DNA from: an uncultured Melioribacteraceae bacterium
GTDB taxonomy: Bacteria; Bacteroidota; Ignavibacteria; Ignavibacteriales; Melioribacteraceae
Assembly: GCA_964584325.1 (NCBI GenBank)
Contig: CAZOZP010000004.1
Location: 3,559 to 67,558, forward strand
Reading direction: 5' to 3'
DNA: 64,000 nt
Part shown: positions 9,481 through 18,363 of the stretch, piece by piece
Position numbering within the stretch: the stretch's first letter is position 1
Layout of the letters: each line of letters begins with the position of its first letter
Program-made: the position numbers and the translations under genes
Notes under the pieces: model-generated
What the model was told of the DNA's origin: nothing
The model's database searches: none
What the model saw: the letters and a program-made list of their open reading frames with translations, nothing else

Positions 9481-11541
9481 ATGCATAAAATATTATTTTC
9501 TTTTTTAGTTATTTCTATTACTGTTTTTCCTCAGTTAGATAGATCAATACAGCCTCAGCCTGGGTCATTGCCGGATATCAAATTAGCTGAAGCAGAAACT
9601 TTTGAACTTGATAACGGCTTAAAAGTATTTGTAGTCGAAAACAATAAATTTCCTCAAGTTTCTTTTATACTTTCTATTAACAGGGATTTAATTCTTGAAG
9701 AAAAATCCGCCGGATTTGTTGAACTTGCCGGTGAGCTTCTTTCTTGTGGAACAACCAACATGACTAAGGACGAACTTGATCATGAAATAGATAAAATGGG
9801 AGCAATATTCAATACCTGGTCTAATGGTGTATATTTATCATCCTTATCAAAATATAAAGACAAAACCACTGAGATTTTAAGTGAAATTGCTTTCAATTCA
9901 TCATTTAGACAAGAAGAACTAGACAGATTAAAAAAACAGAAAATTTCCATTATAAAGCAATCTATGGATGAACCTAATTCGATTGCAAGAAATATTCGTA
10001 AGGCTGTTTTTTTTGGAAAAAATCATCCTTATGGTGAAATTGCTACAGAAGAAACCATTTCGAGCATAAAATTAAGCGATTGCTCAAAATACTATTCAGA
10101 CTTTTTTGTGCCTAATATTTCTGCTATTTCTATTGTTGGCGATATTACAGTAGATGAAGCTAAAGAATTGATTAATAAATATTTTTCTAAATGGCAAAGA
10201 CAGTCTGTTCCAACATTTTCTTATGAAAAGAAGAAGCGTCCGGCAAAAACTCAATTTGCACTATTCGAGAGGCCTAATTCTGTTCAAGCAAATATTTCTG
10301 TTGGTTACCCTGTTGAGTTTCGCTTATCATCGCCCGATTACTTTTCAACAATTATAATGGAAAATATTTTTGGAGGTTCTTTCACTTCCAGACTCAATAA
10401 AAATTTGCGTGAAAATAAAGGTTACACCTACGGGGCATTTTCAAACTTAAATCAAGATTTGCATTATGCTTTATTTTATGCAGGATGTGAAGCTCGTAAT
10501 TCTGTTACTGATAGTGTAATAATTGAAATATTTAGTGAAATGAAAAAATTAAAAGAAGTTTCTATTACAGAGGAAGAACTAGAAAAAAACAAGAATTATA
10601 TTGCCGGAAGTTTTATAAGAAATCTAGAAAATCCTGAGACTATTGCTAATTTTGCATTAAATTGTTACCGTTATTATCTGCCCGATAATTTTTATTCAAA
10701 ATATTTAAAGAATCTCTTTTCAGTTACTGTTTCAGACATAAAAGATGCTGCTAACAAGTATCTAAAACCTGATAATTCCTATATAGTAATTATTGGAAAA
10801 ACAAAGGATATTGAAAATGGTTTGTTGAAACTAAGCGAGAATGCCGAGATTAAATATTTCAATCATTATGGTCAGGAAATTTCAGAAGACGCTAGTATTA
10901 AATTACCACCTGCTTCAGAAATAATTGATAAACATATTAAAGCTTTAGGCGGCAGAACTCATTTCCAGAAAATAAAGGACTTAACAGTAAAATATAGTGG
11001 TAATTTTAAGGGATTGAAAGTTAGTTTTATAAATGAATATATTTTACCTAATAAATTGAAAACACAAATTGATGCCGGAATGTTCACACAGATTACAATT
11101 GTAAATAAAGATAAAGCAATTAGACTTATTGGCGATCAAAGGCAAGGTGTTTCACCTGAAGAGTCTCAATTATTATCATTAAGTTCAAATCCTTTTGCAT
11201 TTTTGAATTTTTCTAAAAATGATGTAAAACTTGAAGTTGCAGGAATTGAAAATGTAAAAGGTAAAAAAGCCTACAAAGTATTTTTAATTCTTAAAAGCGA
11301 TATTAAATTAACAAATTTTTATGACTCCGAATCCGGTTTACTAGTTAAACAATTACTTCCTTTATTTACACCCCAAGGTGTTTTCGAATCAAATATTCAG
11401 TACTATGATTACAAAAAGGTAAACGGTTTAATTTATCCCCATAGAATAGTACAAAATATTTCCGGCGAAACAGTTGAAATGATTTTAGAAGAAGTAAAGA
11501 TTAATAAAGGTTTGAAAGAAGAAGAGTTTGAAATTAGATAA
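9481..11541 (+). CDS. M16-family peptidase-like protein, non-catalytic (degenerate zinc motif), with about 200-aa C-terminal extension
   Basis: M16 fold blocks (NGLKVFVVEN, GYTYGAFS, YIAGSFIRNLE). GFVELAGELL replaces HxxEH. Signal peptide present. Extra C-terminal domain from about aa 470. Confidence 0.75.
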   Translation: MHKILFSFLVISITVFPQLDRSIQPQPGSLPDIKLAEAETFELDNGLKVFVVENNKFPQVSFILSINRDLILEEKSAGFVELAGELLSCGTTNMTKDELDHEIDKMGAIFNTWSNGVYLSSLSKYKDKTTEILSEIAFNSSFRQEELDRLKKQKISIIKQSMDEPNSIARNIRKAVFFGKNHPYGEIATEETISSIKLSDCSKYYSDFFVPNISAISIVGDITVDEAKELINKYFSKWQRQSVPTFSYEKKKRPAKTQFALFERPNSVQANISVGYPVEFRLSSPDYFSTIIMENIFGGSFTSRLNKNLRENKGYTYGAFSNLNQDLHYALFYAGCEARNSVTDSVIIEIFSEMKKLKEVSITEEELEKNKNYIAGSFIRNLENPETIANFALNCYRYYLPDNFYSKYLKNLFSVTVSDIKDAANKYLKPDNSYIVIIGKTKDIENGLLKLSENAEIKYFNHYGQEISEDASIKLPPASEIIDKHIKALGGRTHFQKIKDLTVKYSGNFKGLKVSFINEYILPNKLKTQIDAGMFTQITIVNKDKAIRLIGDQRQGVSPEESQLLSLSSNPFAFLNFSKNDVKLEVAGIENVKGKKAYKVFLILKSDIKLTNFYDSESGLLVKQLLPLFTPQGVFESNIQYYDYKKVNGLIYPHRIVQNISGETVEMILEEVKINKGLKEEEFEIR

Positions 11542-11544
11542 TAT

Positions 11545-11573
11545 AAAAGGGAATTTGATTCAAATTCCCTTTT
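11545..11573. terminator. Bidirectional terminator hairpin between convergent genes
   Basis: 13-bp perfect stem AAAAGGGAATTTG/CAAATTCCCTTTT with a 3-nt loop. A/T runs flank both sides. Confidence 0.7.
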
Positions 11574-11595
11574 ATATAACAAAATCAATAATTAT

Positions 11596-12957
11596 TTATT
11601 TTAGTGTTTTCAACAATCCTTCATTCTTAGTTAAATACGAAAAACTATTTAATACAGGAAAAAATGGAAGCTGAATAGAATAACGCATTCTTTCATCATA
11701 TACATAATCCTTATCAAATCCATACAAACCACCACTTTTAACAACTTGCCTAACTCCCTGCGTAATACCACCCCTAAGTTTTATCTTTTTGAGATTCGAT
11801 GAATACTTATAAACATTATGAACCCCGAATCCACCAGTCTGAGCATAAACCATTGCATGTATATTAATATCACCTTTTCTATTTTCAGGATTATCTTCAA
11901 CAAAAACACTTTGTTGTGATATTAGCGCAATAGCGTTTTTATTTGGAGAATATTCATCTTTATAATAATTTTCGTCAGCACCGGAAACTGTTATATCGTT
12001 ACTTATATATACAGTACCTGTTTTGTATCTAAAATCATATATTCCATATTTCAATGATGCGTCATCAGATCTAACATAATCATTATTTCCTGTTGCTCCA
12101 ATTGAAAGATTACCTTCTACCTCGCCCTCAACATATAAGGCTGCATTTTCTGCACAAATACATCCGTTTGGAGCAAAATCGCTAATTTTTTTCTGGGTAA
12201 CTGATACATCAGTCCAGAGTGTTGATTTATTATATTTTATTTTTACGATATTTTTTTCAAATTTCAAAAAAACTTCTTTTTGCCCAGAAATTAATGCACC
12301 TCCAGCAGATGCTTTTGATTTAAAATCGTTAAGATTTTGTACTGCAGGAAATTCAATAATTTTCTTTTCTTCCCCCTTCTTAAAATCAGGGTTTGGTTTT
12401 CCACCCCAAGAATCAGTTATAATATCTTTGGCATGGTATGCTCGTTCATAAAATACAGGGGAACCAGTTATCCTTAAATTGTCATTAACATAAAACTTAC
12501 CACTAATAACATCTCCAGAACCAAACCAAATATTCCCACCTTCATTATTAGAAAAGTAGGCATAATCTTGTAAATTTGAACGAAAAATATAATAATTTGT
12601 TGATTTATCATATTTAAATGAACCATTCTCACCTTTTGCTAAAATATTTATCCTGTAATTAATTCCAACTTTGGAATCAACAGCTTCAGTGGTTGAAACA
12701 TCAAAATCATAATTTCCAATTTTTGTCTTAAAGGTTCCAGTTTCTCCAGGAATATATTTCTGAGTATTAAGGGCATTAATAACTTGAAGCAAAGCGAATT
12801 GATTTATAGACCGTACATTATTGTTTAATTCAATTTTAGTATAATAATCAATTATATTGTCTTCTGAATCTACAGTTGATCTTGAAATGTTAATTCCCAT
12901 AACAAGAAATATTGTTGAAAACGCTATAACTAATAATAAACTTGCTTTGCCACCCAT
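11596..12957 (-). CDS. PilX-like / large minor-pilin-like protein (hypothetical)
   Basis: Very short leader MGG, then hydrophobic helix KASLLLVIAFSTIFLVMG resembling a PilX N-terminal domain. C-terminal YVYDERMRYSIQLPFFP resembles PilX-type tails. Last gene of a 3-gene operon. Confidence 0.4.
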   Translation of the reverse strand: MGGKASLLLVIAFSTIFLVMGINISRSTVDSEDNIIDYYTKIELNNNVRSINQFALLQVINALNTQKYIPGETGTFKTKIGNYDFDVSTTEAVDSKVGINYRINILAKGENGSFKYDKSTNYYIFRSNLQDYAYFSNNEGGNIWFGSGDVISGKFYVNDNLRITGSPVFYERAYHAKDIITDSWGGKPNPDFKKGEEKKIIEFPAVQNLNDFKSKASAGGALISGQKEVFLKFEKNIVKIKYNKSTLWTDVSVTQKKISDFAPNGCICAENAALYVEGEVEGNLSIGATGNNDYVRSDDASLKYGIYDFRYKTGTVYISNDITVSGADENYYKDEYSPNKNAIALISQQSVFVEDNPENRKGDINIHAMVYAQTGGFGVHNVYKYSSNLKKIKLRGGITQGVRQVVKSGGLYGFDKDYVYDERMRYSIQLPFFPVLNSFSYLTKNEGLLKTLK

Positions 12958-12976
12958 AACTGCCCCTGATAATGTT

Positions 12977-13618
12977 TTAAAAATTAATTTTCAACTGCCT
13001 CCAATATGCAGTTGCTACAACATCTGTCCTTACATTTGTTCCAGCTGATTGATAATCATATGGGTAAGGATCTTCAAATTTAAGATTTACTTCAATTTTT
13101 CTAATATTTGTTAAACTATCATTAGCAATAGGAGGAATAATTTCCTTGCCATTAGAACGAAAGTACCTAAATCCAATATAAACTAAACCTACATCCATTA
13201 ATTGTGGTGTATCAGCATCTACTTGTCTATATAGATAAATCAAACTGTCATTAGGATATGTACCTTTTGGGACCGGTTGCGTATAGTATCTTATCGTATT
13301 TAACATTCCGTCCCCATTAATATCTGATGAAGATATTGGTAAATCAGTAACAAGTCTAATACTTTTGTATGTTGCCTCTGTTATATTAGCAACGGTTTTC
13401 CTTTGATTAGCTATTTGTAAATTTGCACAATATCCAATTCTCTTAAAATCATAATCCATAATTTCTGTTATATTAATCATAGAACTTTGAGTTCTTACTT
13501 CTCCCGAAAAGAAATATTGATTTTTTGTTGTACTGCTCATTGTAGTCATTAACAAAAGTAAAAGCATTCCGCCAATTATTGTTGAACCCAAAATATCAAT
13601 TAATGTAGAGAAACCCAT
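12977..13618 (-). CDS. Pseudopilin/minor-pilin-like protein (PilW-like) with non-canonical prepilin leader
   Basis: MGFSTLIDILGSTIIGGMLLLLLM resembles the G|F(T/S)LIE class III signal, but the acidic residue is D at +6 and the leader is a single Met. Confidence 0.4.
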   Translation of the reverse strand: MGFSTLIDILGSTIIGGMLLLLLMTTMSSTTKNQYFFSGEVRTQSSMINITEIMDYDFKRIGYCANLQIANQRKTVANITEATYKSIRLVTDLPISSSDINGDGMLNTIRYYTQPVPKGTYPNDSLIYLYRQVDADTPQLMDVGLVYIGFRYFRSNGKEIIPPIANDSLTNIRKIEVNLKFEDPYPYDYQSAGTNVRTDVVATAYWRQLKINF

Positions 13619-13620
13619 TA

Positions 13621-14151
13621 TTATTCCTTTAAAAGTTTTACACTTGATTTAACTATACTAAAAGTATAAATATTCTTAAATAATTTATTATCCTCGATTG
13701 GATTTGGATCATCAATTGTCAAAATCATTTGTTTATAATTAGTGACGCCTGCCGCTTCATCCCACACTAAATTACCGCCTGAAAAATTTGGAGTGACATA
13801 ATTAATTATAATATTTTTTCTGAAATTAATTGTAGAATTGTTATTCGGATCTATTTTGTATTTCACAATTATGTCTTTACAGACAAAATCATCAAAATCA
13901 TCAAAATCATCTGCTGTTTCTCCAGTTTCTTTTCCGAATTTGTCCTTTGAAGTAAAAATGGTGGTATTTTCATCAAACAGCGTTTCAATGGCTTCATTCA
14001 TAATAGATTCAGAATAAGCAAAAGCAAGCAACTCAATTTTATTTTCCATTACACTATCACTTGAAGAAATATTCCCGGTATTAATTCTTAGCATAATAGT
14101 AGCTAAAAGAATCATAGCTCCTATTGTGAGCATCATTTGACCAGTGCCCAT
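13621..14151 (-). CDS. Pseudopilin-like small protein (hypothetical)
   Basis: MGTGQMMLTIGAMILLATIMLRI N-terminal hydrophobic helix after MG. Separated by 2 nt from the next gene. Confidence 0.35.
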   Translation of the reverse strand: MGTGQMMLTIGAMILLATIMLRINTGNISSSDSVMENKIELLAFAYSESIMNEAIETLFDENTTIFTSKDKFGKETGETADDFDDFDDFVCKDIIVKYKIDPNNNSTINFRKNIIINYVTPNFSGGNLVWDEAAGVTNYKQMILTIDDPNPIEDNKLFKNIYTFSIVKSSVKLLKE

Positions 14152-14319
14152 AAATTCCCTTTAATATTTAAGCAAAATAAATTTTCTCGCCAGTGCGAAT
14201 CGGTAAAAATTTTCAGAGTGAAAATAATCTTAAAAATTAAAACATGCAAGTATTTGATCATTAATACTTAATTATCTTTTAATGTTATACTAAATTTATT
14301 GATTGGCTGATATTAGACA

Positions 14320-15168
14320 TTAATAAATTGTAGTTACATTAACAGATCGAGTAAGATATACATACCCTTCCCCAAGTGCTATCTTAAATATTAATTCAGG
14401 AACCGGAATTGTTAAATACCACTGATTTTCTAAATAGTTTGAAACAAGTTCTTTGAATGTTATGGGTTCTTGCTCAACAGCATTTATTGGCTCATTTATC
14501 TGATTATTTTGTAATACTTTTATTAGTAATGCAACTGCATTTTCCAATTTTATATATGAAACTGTTTGTTTTCCGGTTCCGGGAAGGAATATTACTCTAA
14601 ATTTTTTTGTCAATAGAATTCTTTGTAAGGCTCCACCGGAACTGCTGGTAATTATTCCAAATCTAATAGGTATAGTTCTGATTCCGGAAAGTTTTGCCGG
14701 CTGAAGTGCATTTTCCCACTGTTTACATAAATTCGCTAAAAAATCATTTCCTGGAGGAGAATTCTCATTTTTCATTGTGCTATAATCAATACCGTAATAA
14801 CCGATTGCTGAGGCATTAATAAATACATCGGGTTTATTTACTGCTTCGGAAACAGCTTCAGCAAGAATTCTTGTTGGAATAATTCTGCTTTCCTGAATTT
14901 CTTTTATGTGATTTTCTGTCCACCGTCCCTGAAAAATATTTCTACCGGAAAGATTAATTACTGCAGAAAGCCCTTCAATTATTTGAACAAGTTCCTTACT
15001 CTTAGTTTTATAATCCCATTGGATGACTTCATCAGCATAGTTTAATATTTTTTCGCTTTTGGATTTATTGCGTGATAATACAATCACTTTATAATTCAAC
15101 TTTTTAAGTTCAGCTATTAAATGGGTTCCCAAAAACCCACTTCCACCGGCTATTAATACTTTTTTCAT
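14320..15168 (-). CDS. NAD(P)-binding epimerase-family protein (YfcH/TIGR01777-like)
   Basis: MKKVLIAGGSGFLGTHL Rossmann motif and overall SDR-extended layout. Confidence 0.6.
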   Translation of the reverse strand: MKKVLIAGGSGFLGTHLIAELKKLNYKVIVLSRNKSKSEKILNYADEVIQWDYKTKSKELVQIIEGLSAVINLSGRNIFQGRWTENHIKEIQESRIIPTRILAEAVSEAVNKPDVFINASAIGYYGIDYSTMKNENSPPGNDFLANLCKQWENALQPAKLSGIRTIPIRFGIITSSSGGALQRILLTKKFRVIFLPGTGKQTVSYIKLENAVALLIKVLQNNQINEPINAVEQEPITFKELVSNYLENQWYLTIPVPELIFKIALGEGYVYLTRSVNVTTIY

Positions 15169-15283
15169 AAATTTTATTTATTATTGTATGTTCACATTAA
15201 GAATTTTCTCATTAAAATACATTTTTATCTTTCAAATTATTACATTATTCCTGTTATTTTTTAGATTTTTTTTCGGAGTATTA

Positions 15284-17122
15284 ATGCTTAACAGTATCAA
15301 AATATCTGCTTTTGTTTTTTTAGTTACTTTTAATTTATTTGCTCAGCAATTTTCTGTTAATAAAATTGAACCGGGAAATTGGTGGAGCGGAATGAAGACA
15401 AACGATCTCCAGCTTATGATTTACGGAAAAAATCTAAACGAAATCAAAGTTTCTTCATCGAGTAAATTACTTTCCATTGTTAAAGTTCATTATCCTGAAA
15501 ATTCAAATTACCTTTTTATTGATGTTAAATTAAACAAAAATATTAAACCCGGTTCATATAAACTAAATTTCCAAAAGGGTGATGAAAAATATAGTATTGA
15601 TTTTCCTGTTTTAAAAAGACCTTCTTCTGATAATAAATACAAAGGTTTTAATCAGAATGATGCAGTTTATTTAATCTTTCCTGATCGTTTTGCGAATGGC
15701 GACACATTGAACGATTTTCTTGAAAACAGTAAAGAGGAATTTGAGTTTGGTTCTTTGAACGGAAGACATGGTGGCGACATTACCGGAATTATTAGCAAAC
15801 TTGATTATTTGTCAAAATTAGGTGTAACTGCATTATGGCTTTGTCCAATGTTGGAAAACAATATGTGGATGAGCTACCATGGTTATGCAGCAACCGATCT
15901 TTATAGAATTGATCCACGCTTTGGAACTTCGGAATTGTACAAAGAACTTGTTGATAAAGCACATGAAAAAGGAATTAAAATAATTCTTGACCATGTAAGC
16001 AACCATATTGGCAACAATCATCCTTGGTATAATAATCTGCCTATGAAAGATTGGTTTAATGGTGTACCGGGAAACCATACGCGTACAAATTACGATGTTA
16101 TATCTTTCTTTGATGTAAATGCTGATCCTGTTTCGGTTGATTATGTTCAGAGAGGGTGGTTTGAAGATTATATGCCTGATGTTAATCAATCTAACCCTTT
16201 TGTTAAAAAATATATGATTCAGAATACTATCTGGTGGATTGAAACTCTTGGTATTGATGGTATTCGTGAAGATACATACGGCTATTCTGATCAGAGTTAT
16301 TTGGCTGAATGGGCAGAAACAATAATAAATGAATATCCTAATTTTAATATTGTTGGTGAAATATTAAAAGGAGAACCTTCTTTTCTTGCAAGATTTCAAA
16401 GAAACAATATCTATAATAAAAACTTCAATTCGAATCTTCCTTGCGTAACTGATTTTGGCGTTAGAGATGCGGTTACAAATTTCGTAAGTGGTGAAAAACC
16501 GATAGTTGACATTTATGAAACTTTTGTTCAGGATTATCTATATGCTGACAGAGATAATTTAATGGTTTTTGTTGATAACCATGATATACCAAGACTTATG
16601 TATTCTGCTAAAAATAACATAAATAAATACAAGATTGGAATGCTATTAACTTTATTTACCAGGGGAATTCCAAAACTTCTTTATGGAACGGAAATTGGTA
16701 TAACCGGAACCGACCACCACGGTGAAATTCGAGCACCGTTTCCCGGGGGATTTGAAAAGGATTCTATTAGTGCTTTTTGCTGTAAAGGAAGAAACGCTTA
16801 TCAGGATAGTGTTTTCACTCTCACAAAAAACCTACTTAATTTAAGAAAAAATAATACTGTTTTAAGGGAAGGAAAATTTACACATTATTATCCATTAAAC
16901 GATATTTATATATTTAGAAAAACACTTGAAAATAATGAATATGTTTTTGTTATTAATGGACTGGACAAAGTGAACAAAACTGATTTTGGAATTATTAAGC
17001 ACCGTTTAAAATCTGTTAAATCAATGTATGAAGTACTTGAAAATTATGAAATCTCATGTGGAGATAGTATTAACCTGGAACTAAAACCTTATGAATCGAA
17101 AATATTTAAGTTGATTAAATAA
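15284..17122 (+). CDS. GH13 alpha-amylase-family enzyme (cyclomaltodextrinase/neopullulanase-like) with N-terminal beta-sandwich domain
   Basis: DAVYLIFPDRFANGD, GGDITGI, GIKIILDHVSNH, GIDGIREDT, VGEI and FVDNHD are GH13 conserved regions I-IV. Signal peptide after the internal ATG at 15284. Confidence 0.85.
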   Translation: MLNSIKISAFVFLVTFNLFAQQFSVNKIEPGNWWSGMKTNDLQLMIYGKNLNEIKVSSSSKLLSIVKVHYPENSNYLFIDVKLNKNIKPGSYKLNFQKGDEKYSIDFPVLKRPSSDNKYKGFNQNDAVYLIFPDRFANGDTLNDFLENSKEEFEFGSLNGRHGGDITGIISKLDYLSKLGVTALWLCPMLENNMWMSYHGYAATDLYRIDPRFGTSELYKELVDKAHEKGIKIILDHVSNHIGNNHPWYNNLPMKDWFNGVPGNHTRTNYDVISFFDVNADPVSVDYVQRGWFEDYMPDVNQSNPFVKKYMIQNTIWWIETLGIDGIREDTYGYSDQSYLAEWAETIINEYPNFNIVGEILKGEPSFLARFQRNNIYNKNFNSNLPCVTDFGVRDAVTNFVSGEKPIVDIYETFVQDYLYADRDNLMVFVDNHDIPRLMYSAKNNINKYKIGMLLTLFTRGIPKLLYGTEIGITGTDHHGEIRAPFPGGFEKDSISAFCCKGRNAYQDSVFTLTKNLLNLRKNNTVLREGKFTHYYPLNDIYIFRKTLENNEYVFVINGLDKVNKTDFGIIKHRLKSVKSMYEVLENYEISCGDSINLELKPYESKIFKLIK

Positions 17123-17133
17123 TTACACAAAAA

Positions 17134-17159
17134 AGGCTGTCGTTTGACAGCCTTTTTTT
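17134..17159. terminator. Bidirectional rho-independent terminator
   Basis: AGGCTGTC-GTTT-GACAGCCT stem-loop, preceded by an A-run and followed by TTTTTTT. Confidence 0.75.
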
Positions 17160-18351
17160 ATCTCATGTTTCTAATCTTTTCCAACCCTTGCTCCAAATCG
17201 TCTATAATATCATTAACATCTTCTATGCCAACTGAAAGCCTAACCAAACCATCTGTAATACCAGCTTCAAGTCTAGCTTCTTTTCCCATTGAAAAATGAG
17301 TCATACTTGCAGGATGTTGAATTAGTGTTTCTACTCCGCCTAGACTAACTGCCAAAATTGCAAACTTAAGACTATTCATAAGTATTTCACCGGCTTTTAA
17401 TCCACCTTTAAGTTCAAAGGATATAACACCACCATTACCGCTTTGCTGCTTTTGCGCTTTTAGATAATGTGGATGGCTTTTTAATCCCGGATATCTTACC
17501 CATTCAATTAAATCATTTCTTTCAAGAAATTCCGCTACTTTCATAGCATTTTCACAATGTCTCTGCATCCTTATATTAAGAGTTTTTACTCCTCTGTGAA
17601 CAAGAAATGCATTGAAAGGATCAATCACACCGCCTAATTGATTAAGAACTTTTCTATGTTGAGAATAGTCTTCTTCAAATTTAAATACAATAATACCTGC
17701 CACGACATCGGCATGTCCGTTCAGAAATTTTGTCATACTGTGCAATACAATGTCGGCACCAAGATTTAACGGCTTCTGAAGTACAGGGCTCATAAAGGTA
17801 TTATCAACCACCACTTTTACATTATGCCTATGCGCATAATCTGAGGTTTCTTTTAGATCGCAAATATCTAGTGTCGGATTTCCAGGTGTCTCAATATAAA
17901 GTACTTTTGTCTCTGGTTTAAATGCAGTTTTAATTTCTTCAATCGATGAAGTATCAACAAATGTTACTGTTACTCCGAATTTTTTAAAAACATTGTTTAA
18001 TAGTGTATTAGTTGGTCCGTAAACGGCTTTACTGCAAACAACATTATCTCCTGATTTAAGCAATGATGTTAAAACAGTATTAACTGCCGCCATTCCACTA
18101 GAACATCCAAGAGCTTTTATACCGCATTCTAAATCTGCAATTGAATTTTCCATAGCTTCAACTGTTGGATTTCCCATCCTTGAATAAATGAATCCTTTTT
18201 CTTTTCCTGAAAAAAGATCAGCTCCGTTTTGAGCAGATTTAAATCTAAATGTTGAAGTTTGATAAATTGGTGGAGTTACCGGTCCAAATTCATAATCTTC
18301 AATTCCTCCTCTAACACACTGAGTATCGATTTTTTTTGATGTAGTTTTCAT
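17158..18351 (-). CDS. PLP-dependent trans-sulfuration-family enzyme, methionine gamma-lyase-like
   Basis: YSRMGNPT, DNTFMSP and HSMTKFLNGHADVVAG (PLP lysine) motifs of the Cys/Met metabolism family. Starts 3-12 nt after the gyrA stop. ATG 18351 chosen over TTG 18360. Confidence 0.8.
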   Translation of the reverse strand: MKTTSKKIDTQCVRGGIEDYEFGPVTPPIYQTSTFRFKSAQNGADLFSGKEKGFIYSRMGNPTVEAMENSIADLECGIKALGCSSGMAAVNTVLTSLLKSGDNVVCSKAVYGPTNTLLNNVFKKFGVTVTFVDTSSIEEIKTAFKPETKVLYIETPGNPTLDICDLKETSDYAHRHNVKVVVDNTFMSPVLQKPLNLGADIVLHSMTKFLNGHADVVAGIIVFKFEEDYSQHRKVLNQLGGVIDPFNAFLVHRGVKTLNIRMQRHCENAMKVAEFLERNDLIEWVRYPGLKSHPHYLKAQKQQSGNGGVISFELKGGLKAGEILMNSLKFAILAVSLGGVETLIQHPASMTHFSMGKEARLEAGITDGLVRLSVGIEDVNDIIDDLEQGLEKIRNMR

Positions 18352-18363
18352 AATAACCAATTT

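Noticed and set aside
14320-15168. Possible C-terminal truncation of the YfcH-like epimerase (282 aa; the tail GEGYVYLTRSVNVTTIY is unlike what I recall for the family)
   Set aside because: This rests on memory of family length and tail only, and no frameshifted continuation is visible downstream. Not reportable without an alignment.
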